NCBI GenBank assembly: GCA_963740355.1
Contig: CAVUDW010000002.1
Location: 1-64,000 of the forward strand
DNA from: an uncultured Gemmatimonadaceae bacterium
GTDB lineage: Bacteria > Gemmatimonadota > Gemmatimonadetes > Gemmatimonadales > Gemmatimonadaceae
Direction: 5' to 3'
DNA: 64,000 nt
Each line of letters starts with the position of its first letter. The stretch's first letter is position 1. The notes below the pieces were generated by a model. It had not been told where the DNA came from. It saw only the letters and a list, made by a program, of their open reading frames with translations, and did not search any database. Shown here one piece after another: positions 18,348 to 27,528 of this stretch. Made by a program: the position numbers and the translations under genes.

Positions 18348-19724
18348 ATGCTGACGGCTGCAGAAACCTGGGCTCGTTTGCTCGACCGCGCCCGCCTCGT
18401 CCTTCAGGAGCAGACCGTTCGCACCTGGCTCGAGCCGTGCGAACCGCTGCGCGTTGACGAACGGGCACTCACGGTCGGCGTTCCCGATCAGTTCGCAGCG
18501 GACTGGAACGAGTCGAAACACTCCGGACTGCTGTCGAGCTTTGCCGCGATCGCGCTCGGCCATCCGCTGCAAGTGCAGTTCGTGGTGCACGAATCGGCGC
18601 GCACCAAGCCGCAGATGGACCTCTTCGTGGCGCCGCTCGATGCGCCCGTGCGTCCACCGGCGGCGCCGAACCCGAACCTCGCGCCGCTCTCCGAGCGCTA
18701 CACCTTCGAGCACTTCGTCGTCGGCAAAAGCAACGAGTTGGCCGCTGCCGCCGCGATCGCTGCGGCGCAGGCGCCTGGCAAGCTGTACAACCCACTCTTT
18801 CTCTACGGCGACACCGGGCTGGGCAAGACGCACCTGATGCAGGCCGTGGCGCATGAACTGCTCAAGCGCGATCCGGATACGCGCATCACGTTCGTCGGCA
18901 CGGAGCAGTTCACGAACGAACTGGTGGGATCGATCCAGGGGCGCACGACGCAGGATTTCCGTCGCCGGTATCGCGAAACGGACCTGCTGCTGGTGGACGA
19001 CGTCCAGTTCCTGAAGGGCAAGGAAGCCACGCAGGAAGAATTCTTCCACACCTTCAACGCGATCTACGAGGCCGGCCGACAGATCATCCTGACGTCGGAT
19101 CGACCACCGTCAGAAATTCCCGGACTCGAAGCCCGACTGGTGAGCCGATTCCAGTGGGGCATGGTGGCCGATATCGCGCTGCCGGATGTGGAGCATCGGG
19201 TGGCCATCCTGCGTCGGAAGGCCCAGCTCGACCATCTCGAGCTGACGATTCCCGATGACGTGATCCAGGTGATCGCCGACAACGTGCGCTCGAATGTGCG
19301 TGAGTTGGAGGGGGCGATCATCAAGCTGTTGGCCTATGCCTCGCTCAAGCACGCCGACATCACCGTCGAGCTGGCCCGGGAAGCCCTCAGGGATCGCTTC
19401 AAGAGCGACTCGGGTGCTCCGGTGCAGGTCGGAGTGACGGTGGCCGCCATTCAGGCCGCTGTGGCCAAGGAATGGGGCGTGACGGCCGAAGGATTGAAGT
19501 CGAAGACTCGGACGAAGATGCTCACGGTGCCGCGCCAGGTCGCGATGCTGCTCTGTCGCGAGCTGCTGGCACTGCAGCTGGTGGAGATCGGGAATGCCTT
19601 TGGTGGTCGTGATCACTCGACGGTGATTCACTCACTCGATCGGGCGGAGCAATCGGCCAAGGACGACATCACCTTTGCGACGCGTGTGGAAAAGATCCGG
19701 CGGCTGTTGGAAACCGGCGAATGA
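18348..19724 (+). CDS. dnaA: Chromosomal replication initiator DnaA
   Basis: YTFEHFVVGKSN, YNPLFLYGDTGLGKTHL, DDVQFL, QEEFFHTFN, GGRDHSTVIH; start ATG 18348 or GTG 18324. Confidence 0.98.
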   Translation: MLTAAETWARLLDRARLVLQEQTVRTWLEPCEPLRVDERALTVGVPDQFAADWNESKHSGLLSSFAAIALGHPLQVQFVVHESARTKPQMDLFVAPLDAPVRPPAAPNPNLAPLSERYTFEHFVVGKSNELAAAAAIAAAQAPGKLYNPLFLYGDTGLGKTHLMQAVAHELLKRDPDTRITFVGTEQFTNELVGSIQGRTTQDFRRRYRETDLLLVDDVQFLKGKEATQEEFFHTFNAIYEAGRQIILTSDRPPSEIPGLEARLVSRFQWGMVADIALPDVEHRVAILRRKAQLDHLELTIPDDVIQVIADNVRSNVRELEGAIIKLLAYASLKHADITVELAREALRDRFKSDSGAPVQVGVTVAAIQAAVAKEWGVTAEGLKSKTRTKMLTVPRQVAMLLCRELLALQLVEIGNAFGGRDHSTVIHSLDRAEQSAKDDITFATRVEKIRRLLETGE

Positions 19725-19958
19725 TCCACACCTGTCCACGTTTCGCCGCCGCGGTCCACACGGTTGTCGGGAAGAATGATGACAACTGCGGAAAACCGAT
19801 GGTGTTGTACCCGCTGATCCACACACCCTCATCTTGGCGAAACCCTTGTCAGGGCGTAGGTTCCGGCGTTCTTCCACAGTTCGACAGTGCTCTACGACTA
19901 CGACTGTTAAAGATTTATAGAACAGCATTACAGCAGAGCTTCCGCGTCATGTGGAACA
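19685..19958. other. oriC: Probable replication origin oriC (dnaA-dnaN intergenic)
   Basis: DnaA-box-like 9-mers at 19685(-), 19722, 19752, 19787(-), 19815, 19870, 19950(-); trio-like CTA CGA CTA CGA CTG TTA (19892-19909) then an AT-rich tract. Confidence 0.8.
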
Positions 19959-20034
19959 AGGCAGTTCAGACCGCAGGATCGATTGCCAGTCAGGGCGTTC
20001 GCCCGGCGTCGATCCAGTGCACTCCGAGGAGCTG

Positions 20035-21147
20035 ATGCGATTTACGATCGCGCGTGAAAAACTCCAGGAAGGGCTGGCGGCGGTCGCTGCCAGCATTCCC
20101 GGCAAGACCACCTTGCCGGTCCTGGCGAACATCCTGGTCGAAACCACTGATCGCGGCATCCGGTTTTCCGGAACGGATCTCGACATTCACGTCAGCCATG
20201 AAGTCCAGGCCGACGTGGAGCGTCAGGGCGGCATCACCATTCCTGCCAAGAAGCTGCAGGAACTGGCGCGTGAGCTGCCCCCGAATCCAGTCAAGATCGA
20301 GTCGGCCGGCGAACAGAAGGTCAGCCTCGAATGCGGCCGCGCCAAGTTCAAGTTGAACGGCTTGCCCAAGGATGACTTCCCGCAGTTTCCAGCGATTCGC
20401 TTTGGCGATGGCTGGCGCGTAAAGTCGGCCGATGTGCGCAAGCTGATTCGCCACACGACCTACGCCGTCAGCACCGAGGAAAGCCGTCCGATCCTCAACG
20501 GCGTGCTCTGGGAGTTGAAGCCGGACTTCATGCGCATGGTGGCCACCAACGGCCATCGCCTGGCGAAGATGGAAGTGCAGGTGAGCGGCAATGGCGCGCA
20601 GGCGAGTGACCTGATCGTGATGCCGAAGGCGCTCGATCAGGTGAGCAAGCTCTTTCCCGATGAGGAAGAGCTGGAAGTGGCCCGCGGCGACAACCACCTC
20701 GCCTTCAAGAGCCCCTTCACCACGATCTACACCCGCCTCATCGAAGGGCCGTATCCGAACTACGAGCAGGTGATCCCGAAGGACAACGACCGCTTCGCCA
20801 TCGCCGACAAGGACGCCCTCGCATCGGCGCTGCGTCGCATGGCCACGGTCGCCTCCGACCAGACGCACCGCATCAAGCTCTCGTTCAACGCCGGCATCCT
20901 GCGTTTCCAGGTCAACACGCCAGACCTCGGCGATGGCCAGGACGAAATTCCGGTGCGCTACGAAGGGGATCCGATGGATATCGGATTCAACGGCGCCTAT
21001 CTGCTCGAGATCCTGAAGTACATCCCGACGCCCGAGGTGAAGCTCACCTTCAAGGCCCCGGAACGTGCTGCCACGGTGGAACCGGAAGGCTGGTCCGATC
21101 CGGCGACCTACCTCACGATCCTGATGCCGCTGCGGCTATCCGACTGA
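20035..21147 (+). CDS. dnaN: DNA polymerase III beta sliding clamp
   Basis: TLPVLAN, GTDL, SRPILNGV, VATNGHRLA, RLIEGPYPNYEQVIP, IGFN, LMPLRL; GAGGAG RBS. Confidence 0.97.
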   Translation: MRFTIAREKLQEGLAAVAASIPGKTTLPVLANILVETTDRGIRFSGTDLDIHVSHEVQADVERQGGITIPAKKLQELARELPPNPVKIESAGEQKVSLECGRAKFKLNGLPKDDFPQFPAIRFGDGWRVKSADVRKLIRHTTYAVSTEESRPILNGVLWELKPDFMRMVATNGHRLAKMEVQVSGNGAQASDLIVMPKALDQVSKLFPDEEELEVARGDNHLAFKSPFTTIYTRLIEGPYPNYEQVIPKDNDRFAIADKDALASALRRMATVASDQTHRIKLSFNAGILRFQVNTPDLGDGQDEIPVRYEGDPMDIGFNGAYLLEILKYIPTPEVKLTFKAPERAATVEPEGWSDPATYLTILMPLRLSD

Positions 21148-21172
21148 TCGTCTGTTGGCACGGTATCACGAA

Positions 21173-21207
21173 GAAGGGCGTCCAAACCGGGCGCCCTTCG
21201 TTCGTTT
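21173..21207 (+). terminator. Terminator after dnaN
   Basis: GAAGGGCGTCC/GGGCGCCCTTC stem followed by GTTCGTTT. Confidence 0.65.
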
Positions 21208-21296
21208 CAGCAACGGTTCAACCACTACTGCAACCGCAACTGCTTTAACGCAGAACTGCACAGCCGCAGAACTGAACGGCCGCAGAAGAGCAGTTC
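21208..21296. repeat. Dispersed intergenic repeat, copy 4
   Basis: CTTTAACGCAGAACTGCACAGCCGCAGAACTGAACGGCCGCAG is near-identical to 13791-13833. Confidence 0.8.
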
Positions 21297-21338
21297 TATG
21301 TGCCTCTACGATTCGCTGTCGCAGTCAGCGATTGCCGA

Positions 21339-22184
21339 TCAAGGAACGAGAGCAGCAGCGTCGGTGAGCTGTTGCATCATGCGGCGGGTTTGCTGGCCGT
21401 TGGTGAGCTGGAACTCGAGCGATTGCGAGCCGCGCCATGACTGAATCCGGCGCGAGGCAATGGCGACGACGGACAACGACTCGCTGGTGCCGGTGCCGGT
21501 GAGCGAGACGGTTTGTTCGCGGAGCACGGCGCTTCCGGTGGCGCGGATCACGGCGCGACGTTCGAGCAGCACGGTGCTGCTGTCCATCCCGGTCAAGGTA
21601 CGATAGGCCGCGATGGTGACCGTGGTGACAGCCAGGCCGGCGCGACAGGTCGTGACCGTGAGCGTGTCGGTCCACTGCTGCTCCGCGCGCAACGGTGTCG
21701 GGAGCAGCGGCAGCAACTCGGGAAGCAGGCCGGCCAGCGGACGTTCACTGGTGCAGGCACTGGCGCTGTCGCCGGTGACCAGCGGCCGTCCATCATGCAG
21801 CAGGGCGGAGACACTGATGCCCTTGCTGAAGGCGTCGGCCGTGCGTCGAATCATGCCCGTCGACGTCTGCTGCAACGAATCCACCGACATCGTCGCGACG
21901 GTATCGGTGCCGGCGGATATCGCGATCGCCAACAACGACGACGATGTCACGGTGTCCACGAGCGGCGCCTGCTGCGCACGCTCGAGCGTGATCACCGACG
22001 TCGACGTCATCCGATAACGCGCCTCCGGAGCCGCCTGGGCCCGCGCGTCACGTACCGCGGCCATCGTCGCGATACACACGACAGCCAACCCGCACGCGCC
22101 CACGTCACGCCAGGCCGGGCGGGACGACGAACGAGACACACGAAACACACGAGACACGGCTGAACGGACGAAAGAGAAAAACAA
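21339..22184 (-). CDS. Hypothetical exported protein (beta-strand rich); start uncertain
   Basis: 281-aa ORF with signal-like segment ending ARA/Q; the TTG at 22184 lies in the U tract after rnpB, so the real start is probably downstream. Confidence 0.55.
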   Translation of the reverse strand: MFFSFVRSAVSRVFRVSRSSSRPAWRDVGACGLAVVCIATMAAVRDARAQAAPEARYRMTSTSVITLERAQQAPLVDTVTSSSLLAIAISAGTDTVATMSVDSLQQTSTGMIRRTADAFSKGISVSALLHDGRPLVTGDSASACTSERPLAGLLPELLPLLPTPLRAEQQWTDTLTVTTCRAGLAVTTVTIAAYRTLTGMDSSTVLLERRAVIRATGSAVLREQTVSLTGTGTSESLSVVAIASRRIQSWRGSQSLEFQLTNGQQTRRMMQQLTDAAALVP

Positions 22185-22188
22185 GTGA

Positions 22189-22603
22189 GGCGGTGTGTGC
22201 CGGCCTGTAAGCCGGGTTTTGTCATCACGCGAACGTGATGGATGATCATTCCTCTCGACGTACAGTCACCTGCACGTTCCAGCAGCCTACCCGCGGCGTC
22301 TTGATCGGGACGGGACGTCCCTCGCCGCTTATTTGGCCTTGCTCCAGCTGGGGTTTACCCTGCCGCCCCCGTTGCCGGTGGCGCGGTGCGCTCTTACCGC
22401 ACCTTTTCACCCTTACCCGATCCGACGCGAACGCCGGCCGACGGCGGTGTCTTTTCTGTGGCACTTTCCGTCACCCCGCCGCGATCCCACCACGACGACA
22501 TGCCCAGGCGTTACCTGGCAGCCCACCCTACGGAGCCCGGACTTTCCTCGAGCAGACATCTCTGCAGACCTGTCTCGCGATCATCCAGCCGACACACATC
22601 ACC
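22189..22603 (-). ncRNA. rnpB: RNase P RNA (type A)
   Basis: Minus strand GAGGAAAGTCCGGGCTC, GGAAAGTGCCACAGAAA, GGTAAGAGCGCACC, GGTAAACCCC, GACAAAACCCGGCTTA; P1 helix GTGTGTCGGC/GCCGGCACAC. Confidence 0.97.
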
Positions 22604-22754
22604 TGCGCACAAACTACCCGCACCCCACAACCGACGGCAGCAGCGCTGTCCACACTTTTGGCACCACCACACACCGCAACTCGTGACAGCGATGTGACGG
22701 CCCACCACACCTTGCCCCACGTGCCCACCACACGTTCAACGCAAGGAGCGACCC

Positions 22755-23621
22755 ATGGCCGGACCGATTTCGAACACGGCACCAGTGCCGGTGTCCACCA
22801 TCCTCACGCCGGCGGAACGCAGCGCCGTCGACGCCGCAGGCCTCGGACTCTACCGCGCCATGCACCGCACGTCGCTCGATGAAGTACGACGCGACCTCCG
22901 CGACCAGGCCGCCACGGTCGTCCTGGTCTCGCTGGCCTGCTGCTCGCCGCGCGACGCAATCCGCATGGCCGCCATCCTTCGCGATCACCCACGCGTCCCA
23001 ATGATGGCCCTTGTCACCAACACCGAACGGGTGCACCCGCAATCCCTGCTCTCACTCGGCAGGAGCGGCATGCGCATCGTGATCGATGCCCGCGAATCGA
23101 GCGGATGGCACCTGCTGCGCGAAACGGTGGCCACGGCAGACCGCGGCGCCTTCACCGTCGAATCAGCGATCGCCGACCTGCGCCAACGCCTCCTCGCAGC
23201 AGGCGACGATTGCCTCGAACTGCTGGAACTGTTCTTCACCGCCAAGCCGGCCGTACACTCGGTACGCGAAGTCGCAAAGCTGGTCGACATTCACCCAGGA
23301 ACGCTCATGAGCCGCTTCCTGCGCGCCGGGCTGCCACCGATCAAGCAATACCTCGACATGATCAACCTGATCCGCGCAGCACACCGGCTCGAAGACCAAC
23401 GGCGCTCAATCGCCGACGTGGCCACCAGCCTCGAATACTCCTCCCCGCAAAGCTTCGGCCGACACGTCAACCTGGTGCTGGGCATGACCGCATCAGCCTT
23501 CCGCTCGACCTACGACTGCGAAGGGATGTACCGAAGGTTCTGCGATGAATTGATCACGCCAGTGCTCCCGCAACTCTGCCAATTCCGCCCTCTGCGAATC
23601 GCGCAAGACGGCAAGCGGTAG
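22755..23621 (+). CDS. AraC-type HTH transcriptional regulator
   Basis: C-terminal double HTH: VREVAKLVDIHPGTLMSRF ... SIADVATSLEYSSPQSFGRHV..GMTASAFR; AAGGAG RBS. Confidence 0.82.
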   Translation: MAGPISNTAPVPVSTILTPAERSAVDAAGLGLYRAMHRTSLDEVRRDLRDQAATVVLVSLACCSPRDAIRMAAILRDHPRVPMMALVTNTERVHPQSLLSLGRSGMRIVIDARESSGWHLLRETVATADRGAFTVESAIADLRQRLLAAGDDCLELLELFFTAKPAVHSVREVAKLVDIHPGTLMSRFLRAGLPPIKQYLDMINLIRAAHRLEDQRRSIADVATSLEYSSPQSFGRHVNLVLGMTASAFRSTYDCEGMYRRFCDELITPVLPQLCQFRPLRIAQDGKR

Positions 23622-23701
23622 GCTCGGCACGTTTTCAGTTCGGACGGCGCGCACTGTCGGCGCGTTTCGCAGACGCATACAAGAACCCCCGCGAGGGTTC
23701 C

Positions 23702-24271
23702 TTACGGCGCCGGAATCAATCGCTTGAGTTCCACCGCAGTCGTGAACGCGAGCAGCGGAATTCCCTCTGCCTGCAACGCTTCACGCGCCCCCTCCTCCCG
23801 ATCGACCAGCGTAAATGCGCCAATCACCTCGCCCCCTTCAGCACGAATCGCGGCCGCAGCGTTCAACGCGCTGCCACCCGTGGTCATCGAATCCTCGATC
23901 ACCACCACGCGGTCGCCACGCTGAAAGGACCCCTCGATGCGCTTGCCCATCCCATGACCCTTCGGCTCTTTCCGCACCGCGAAACACCGAATCGGCGCAT
24001 CGACCAAGGCGCTCGCATACGCGATGGCGTAGCTCACCGGGTCAGCACCCATGGTAAGGCCACCAACACTGTCCACCGCCCACCCGCTCTCGAGCAACAT
24101 CGCATGCGCCAACGGCCCAACCAGGATCAACCCGTCCGGGCTCATCGTGGTCAGGCGACAGTCGACGTAGAAATCGCTGATGCGGCCCGATGCCAGTGTG
24201 AACGTGCCGCGACGCGCCGATCGCGCCGCAAGCAACTCGACCAACGCGTCGCGACGTGGGGGCAGCGGCAC
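23702..24271 (-). CDS. pyrE: Orotate phosphoribosyltransferase
   Basis: GTFTLASGRISDFYVD, VRKEPKGHG, VVVIEDSMTTGGS, VDREEG. Confidence 0.95.
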   Translation of the reverse strand: MPLPPRRDALVELLAARSARRGTFTLASGRISDFYVDCRLTTMSPDGLILVGPLAHAMLLESGWAVDSVGGLTMGADPVSYAIAYASALVDAPIRCFAVRKEPKGHGMGKRIEGSFQRGDRVVVIEDSMTTGGSALNAAAAIRAEGGEVIGAFTLVDREEGAREALQAEGIPLLAFTTAVELKRLIPAP

Positions 24272-24273
24272 GA

Positions 24274-25194
24274 TCAGGTGTCCCGGGATCCGAAGAGTCC
24301 CTTCACCTTGCCGAACAACCCACCCGACTTCGGCGCAGCGGCCGCCGGCATCAACGTCAAGGCGGATTCCAGCGCCGCCGCAAAGTCCGTGATGCCGGGA
24401 TACCGATCGCCAGGCTGACGCGCCAAGCCCTTCATGACGACCCGCTCCACATCATCGCTGAACGTCAATCCGGCCACCGCCTTGTTCAATGGCGTGGGCG
24501 GCTGCGTCAACAGCTGCGACAGCATGTCGCGTGTGGAGCGCGCCGTGTACGGATGCACACCCGTGAGCAGGAAGTACGCGATGGTGGCTAGGCTGTACTG
24601 GTCAGCCGCCGGCCCGACCAACACGCCACTCAAGGCCTCGGGCGCCACGTACAACAGTGTGCCGACGAAGAACCCATCCCTCGTGAGGCGCTGGTCATTC
24701 CCCTGCTCGGGCTCGGCAGCGATCCCGAAGTCGAGCAGGCGAACACGGTCGTTCACACTGTCGTACATCAGGTTTTCAGGCTTCAGGTCGCGATGCACGA
24801 TCCCCTGCCGATGCGAGGCATCGACCGCGGCAGCGATCTGGCGCACGATGCTGGCGACCTGCTCCCGCGGGAACGCCCCGGTGCGCTTGGCGACTTTCTC
24901 CAACAACTCGCCAGGCGCCCACTCGATCGCGAGATACCGCAACCCATCCGCCGCACCGAGTTCGATCGTACGGACGACGTTGGGATGCACGACCCGCAAC
25001 CCAAACTCGGCTTCGCGTTCGAACCGCGTGACCGCAGTCGGATCATTCCGCAGCTTCGTGCGGAGCACCTTCAATGCCACAATGCCGTGCGCCGGATGCG
25101 ACGCGCGATAAACCATCGCCGTCCCGCCTTCGCCCACCATGTCCTGCACCGCATATTCTGCGATGACCGTTCCTACCAGTGCGTCTCGAGTCAC
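24274..25194 (-). CDS. Hanks-type Ser/Thr protein kinase, catalytic domain only
   Basis: GEGGTAMVY, VALK, HRDLKPEN, DFG, GT..Y.APE, DQYSL; no TM segment. Confidence 0.93.
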   Translation of the reverse strand: MTRDALVGTVIAEYAVQDMVGEGGTAMVYRASHPAHGIVALKVLRTKLRNDPTAVTRFEREAEFGLRVVHPNVVRTIELGAADGLRYLAIEWAPGELLEKVAKRTGAFPREQVASIVRQIAAAVDASHRQGIVHRDLKPENLMYDSVNDRVRLLDFGIAAEPEQGNDQRLTRDGFFVGTLLYVAPEALSGVLVGPAADQYSLATIAYFLLTGVHPYTARSTRDMLSQLLTQPPTPLNKAVAGLTFSDDVERVVMKGLARQPGDRYPGITDFAAALESALTLMPAAAAPKSGGLFGKVKGLFGSRDT

Positions 25195-25360
25195 GGCGCT
25201 AAGCCTACGTACCTACAGGGAAGGCGGCAAGCGCACAGCCCGTCAGCCTGCCGATCACCCGATCGGCAACGCAACGAATGAATCGGTACGTGTGTACCCT
25301 ATCTTGGTCGGCGCAACACTTCTTCGAACCGGTTACTCTCGCGCAAGCGCGGTGGACGTC

Positions 25361-26806
25361 ATGGGACAGCAGGTGACACAGCAATTGACACAGATTCTGA
25401 GACGCGGACGCCGTCTGGGTCTCGGCCTGCTCGGCCTTGCTGTACTCGCTGCCTGCGCGGGAGGCCGACCGCGAGGTGGCCCACCCGGCGGCGGTCCACC
25501 CCCGGGTGAAGGCCCGCCGAACCTGCGACGAGGAGATCTGGCCGCTCAATCGGACCTGCTGAAGGTGCTGCAGGGACTCGGCTTTCTGGCCAACGGTCTC
25601 CCGATGCCCTTCACCGGCGCCGTTGCCACGCTCCCCGGCCCCGTCGCTGACAGCACGCTGGTCGTCGTCTCCCTCTCGTTCCCGACGCAGGCCTTCACCT
25701 TCTCGCGAGAGAACGATCGGTTCCGCGGCTCGTACGCCGTGGCCGTCGAAGCACGACAGAACGGCGCCGTCGTCACTCGCACCGAGTCCAACCAGACCGT
25801 GCGAGTCGTGAGCTTCAAGGAAACGCAGCGCAACGATGAGAGCGTGCTGTTCCAGCAACAGCTCCTCCTCGCGCCCGGCACGTACACCATCGCCGTGCTG
25901 GTGAAGGACGGGGGCACCTCGCGGTCCGGAACGCAGGAAAAGACGCTCGAAGTGCCGCGCTACGGCGGACGGCCCAGCACGCCGATCATCGCCTTCGAAG
26001 TCAACGCCCGCACCAGCGCCAAGACACCACCCGACCTGCTCGCCAACGGGCGCGGCACCATCGTGCTCGGCCGAGATGTGGAATTGCCGCTGTATATGGA
26101 AGTGCGGGACTCGTCGGTGGCCGGCGTGCCGCTCAACGTGGCCATCCGCGACGACAAGGGGAACGCCCTCTGGCAGGACACCGTCCGCCTCCCGCACCGC
26201 GGCGACCTCGCCAGCGGGGTGATCAAGATTCCTGTTGCCGGACTCGGCGTTGGGATCGTGCAGGCCGCTGCCTGGCGCTCTGGTCAGCCAGATACCGTCA
26301 CCCTGCCGGTGCTGATCAGCTTCGGCGATGATCTCCCAGTCGCCTCGTTCGACGAAATGATCGGTTACCTCCGATTCTTCGCCAGCAACAGCCGCCTCGC
26401 CTCCCTCAAGACCGGCACCCCGCAGGAGCGCGCCAGCGCCTGGGCGAACTTCCTGCGCGAAACCGATCCCATCTCGATCACGCCACAAAACGAGGCACTG
26501 CGCGACTACTTCCAGCGCATCCGCGTCGCCAACGAACGCTTCAAGGAAGATGCTGGCATCGGCTGGCTCTCCGACCGCGGCTCCACCTACGTCGCCTTCG
26601 GTGAGCCCGATCAGGTGCTGGACCAGAACAACAACGGCCAGCAGGACATGTCGATCGGCCAGCGCGGGCGGATGCAGGCGTGGGATTACACAACCCTGCG
26701 CATGCGCCTGATCTTCGTCGACCAGAGCGGGTTCGGTCGTTGGCGCTTCTACGGCAACGGCGCCAGCGAGTTCGCCTCCGCCCTCCAGCGTCAGCTCAAC
26801 CGATGA
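25361..26806 (+). CDS. GWxTD-domain lipoprotein
   Basis: Lipobox LAAC; DP..TPQNE...YFQRI..AN..F...GWLSDRG..Y..FGEPD. Confidence 0.82.
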   Translation: MGQQVTQQLTQILRRGRRLGLGLLGLAVLAACAGGRPRGGPPGGGPPPGEGPPNLRRGDLAAQSDLLKVLQGLGFLANGLPMPFTGAVATLPGPVADSTLVVVSLSFPTQAFTFSRENDRFRGSYAVAVEARQNGAVVTRTESNQTVRVVSFKETQRNDESVLFQQQLLLAPGTYTIAVLVKDGGTSRSGTQEKTLEVPRYGGRPSTPIIAFEVNARTSAKTPPDLLANGRGTIVLGRDVELPLYMEVRDSSVAGVPLNVAIRDDKGNALWQDTVRLPHRGDLASGVIKIPVAGLGVGIVQAAAWRSGQPDTVTLPVLISFGDDLPVASFDEMIGYLRFFASNSRLASLKTGTPQERASAWANFLRETDPISITPQNEALRDYFQRIRVANERFKEDAGIGWLSDRGSTYVAFGEPDQVLDQNNNGQQDMSIGQRGRMQAWDYTTLRMRLIFVDQSGFGRWRFYGNGASEFASALQRQLNR

Positions 26807-27421
26807 GTGATCTGGATGAATGATGTGAGCGTTTCGCGCGGCAGCCGACGCAGTGAGCTGCCGCGCAAGACGCTCCACCTCACGACCGCCTCCGTCCCGG
26901 TCGGGCTCTGGTTCGGCCTGCCGCAGGGCACCATAGCGGCGTTGCTCGTCGCCCTCTTCGGTATCGCCTGTGCCGTCGAGTATGCACGCCGCCGATCGAG
27001 CTCGATCGCGATGCTGTTCGAAGAAACCGTGGGCGTGATGCTCCGCCCCCACGAAGTCGCCAACGGCATCACCGGCGCAACCTGGCTCCTGGCCGCATTC
27101 GCCCTCACCTGCATCGCGGCACCGCTACCCGCCGTCATCGCCGCTACCTGGGCCGGCGCCGTTGGTGACGGGTCCGCCGCACTGGTGGGCAAGGCCTGGC
27201 GCCGAGCACGCGGTGGCAGCGGCAAGACGCTGATCGGATCGATAGCCTGCGTCGTGGCCACAGCGCTCGGCGCATGGGGACTGGCTGGATTCGGTGCTGC
27301 CGGTGCCATCGGGTTGGGTGTCGTCGCCGCGCTCGTCGAACGACCCGCCATTTCGCTCGACGACAACGTCCGCGTGACAGCCGCCGTGGCCATCGCAGCA
27401 GCGCTGCTGCTTCGGGTCTGA
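26807..27421 (+). CDS. Dolichol/phytol kinase-like (CTP-dependent polyprenol kinase) membrane protein
   Basis: RKTLH, GDGSAALVGK, GKTLIGS, DDN motifs; multiple TM segments. Confidence 0.75.
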   Translation: MIWMNDVSVSRGSRRSELPRKTLHLTTASVPVGLWFGLPQGTIAALLVALFGIACAVEYARRRSSSIAMLFEETVGVMLRPHEVANGITGATWLLAAFALTCIAAPLPAVIAATWAGAVGDGSAALVGKAWRRARGGSGKTLIGSIACVVATALGAWGLAGFGAAGAIGLGVVAALVERPAISLDDNVRVTAAVAIAAALLLRV

Positions 27422-27528
27422 GTGGTACTTCGACGCAGCGCGCAGAGCCGACTGCAGCTCTGAAGCGTGGATCTAGATCGCTGATCAGAGCGCCGGAAAG
27501 CGAGCACTCGCCGGGCTAGATTGGGCCC

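Noticed and set aside
25205..27052. Long antisense ORFs (also 26791-28374, 28858-30351, 53956-55092 and others)
   Set aside because: Shadow frames of well-supported genes in high-GC DNA.
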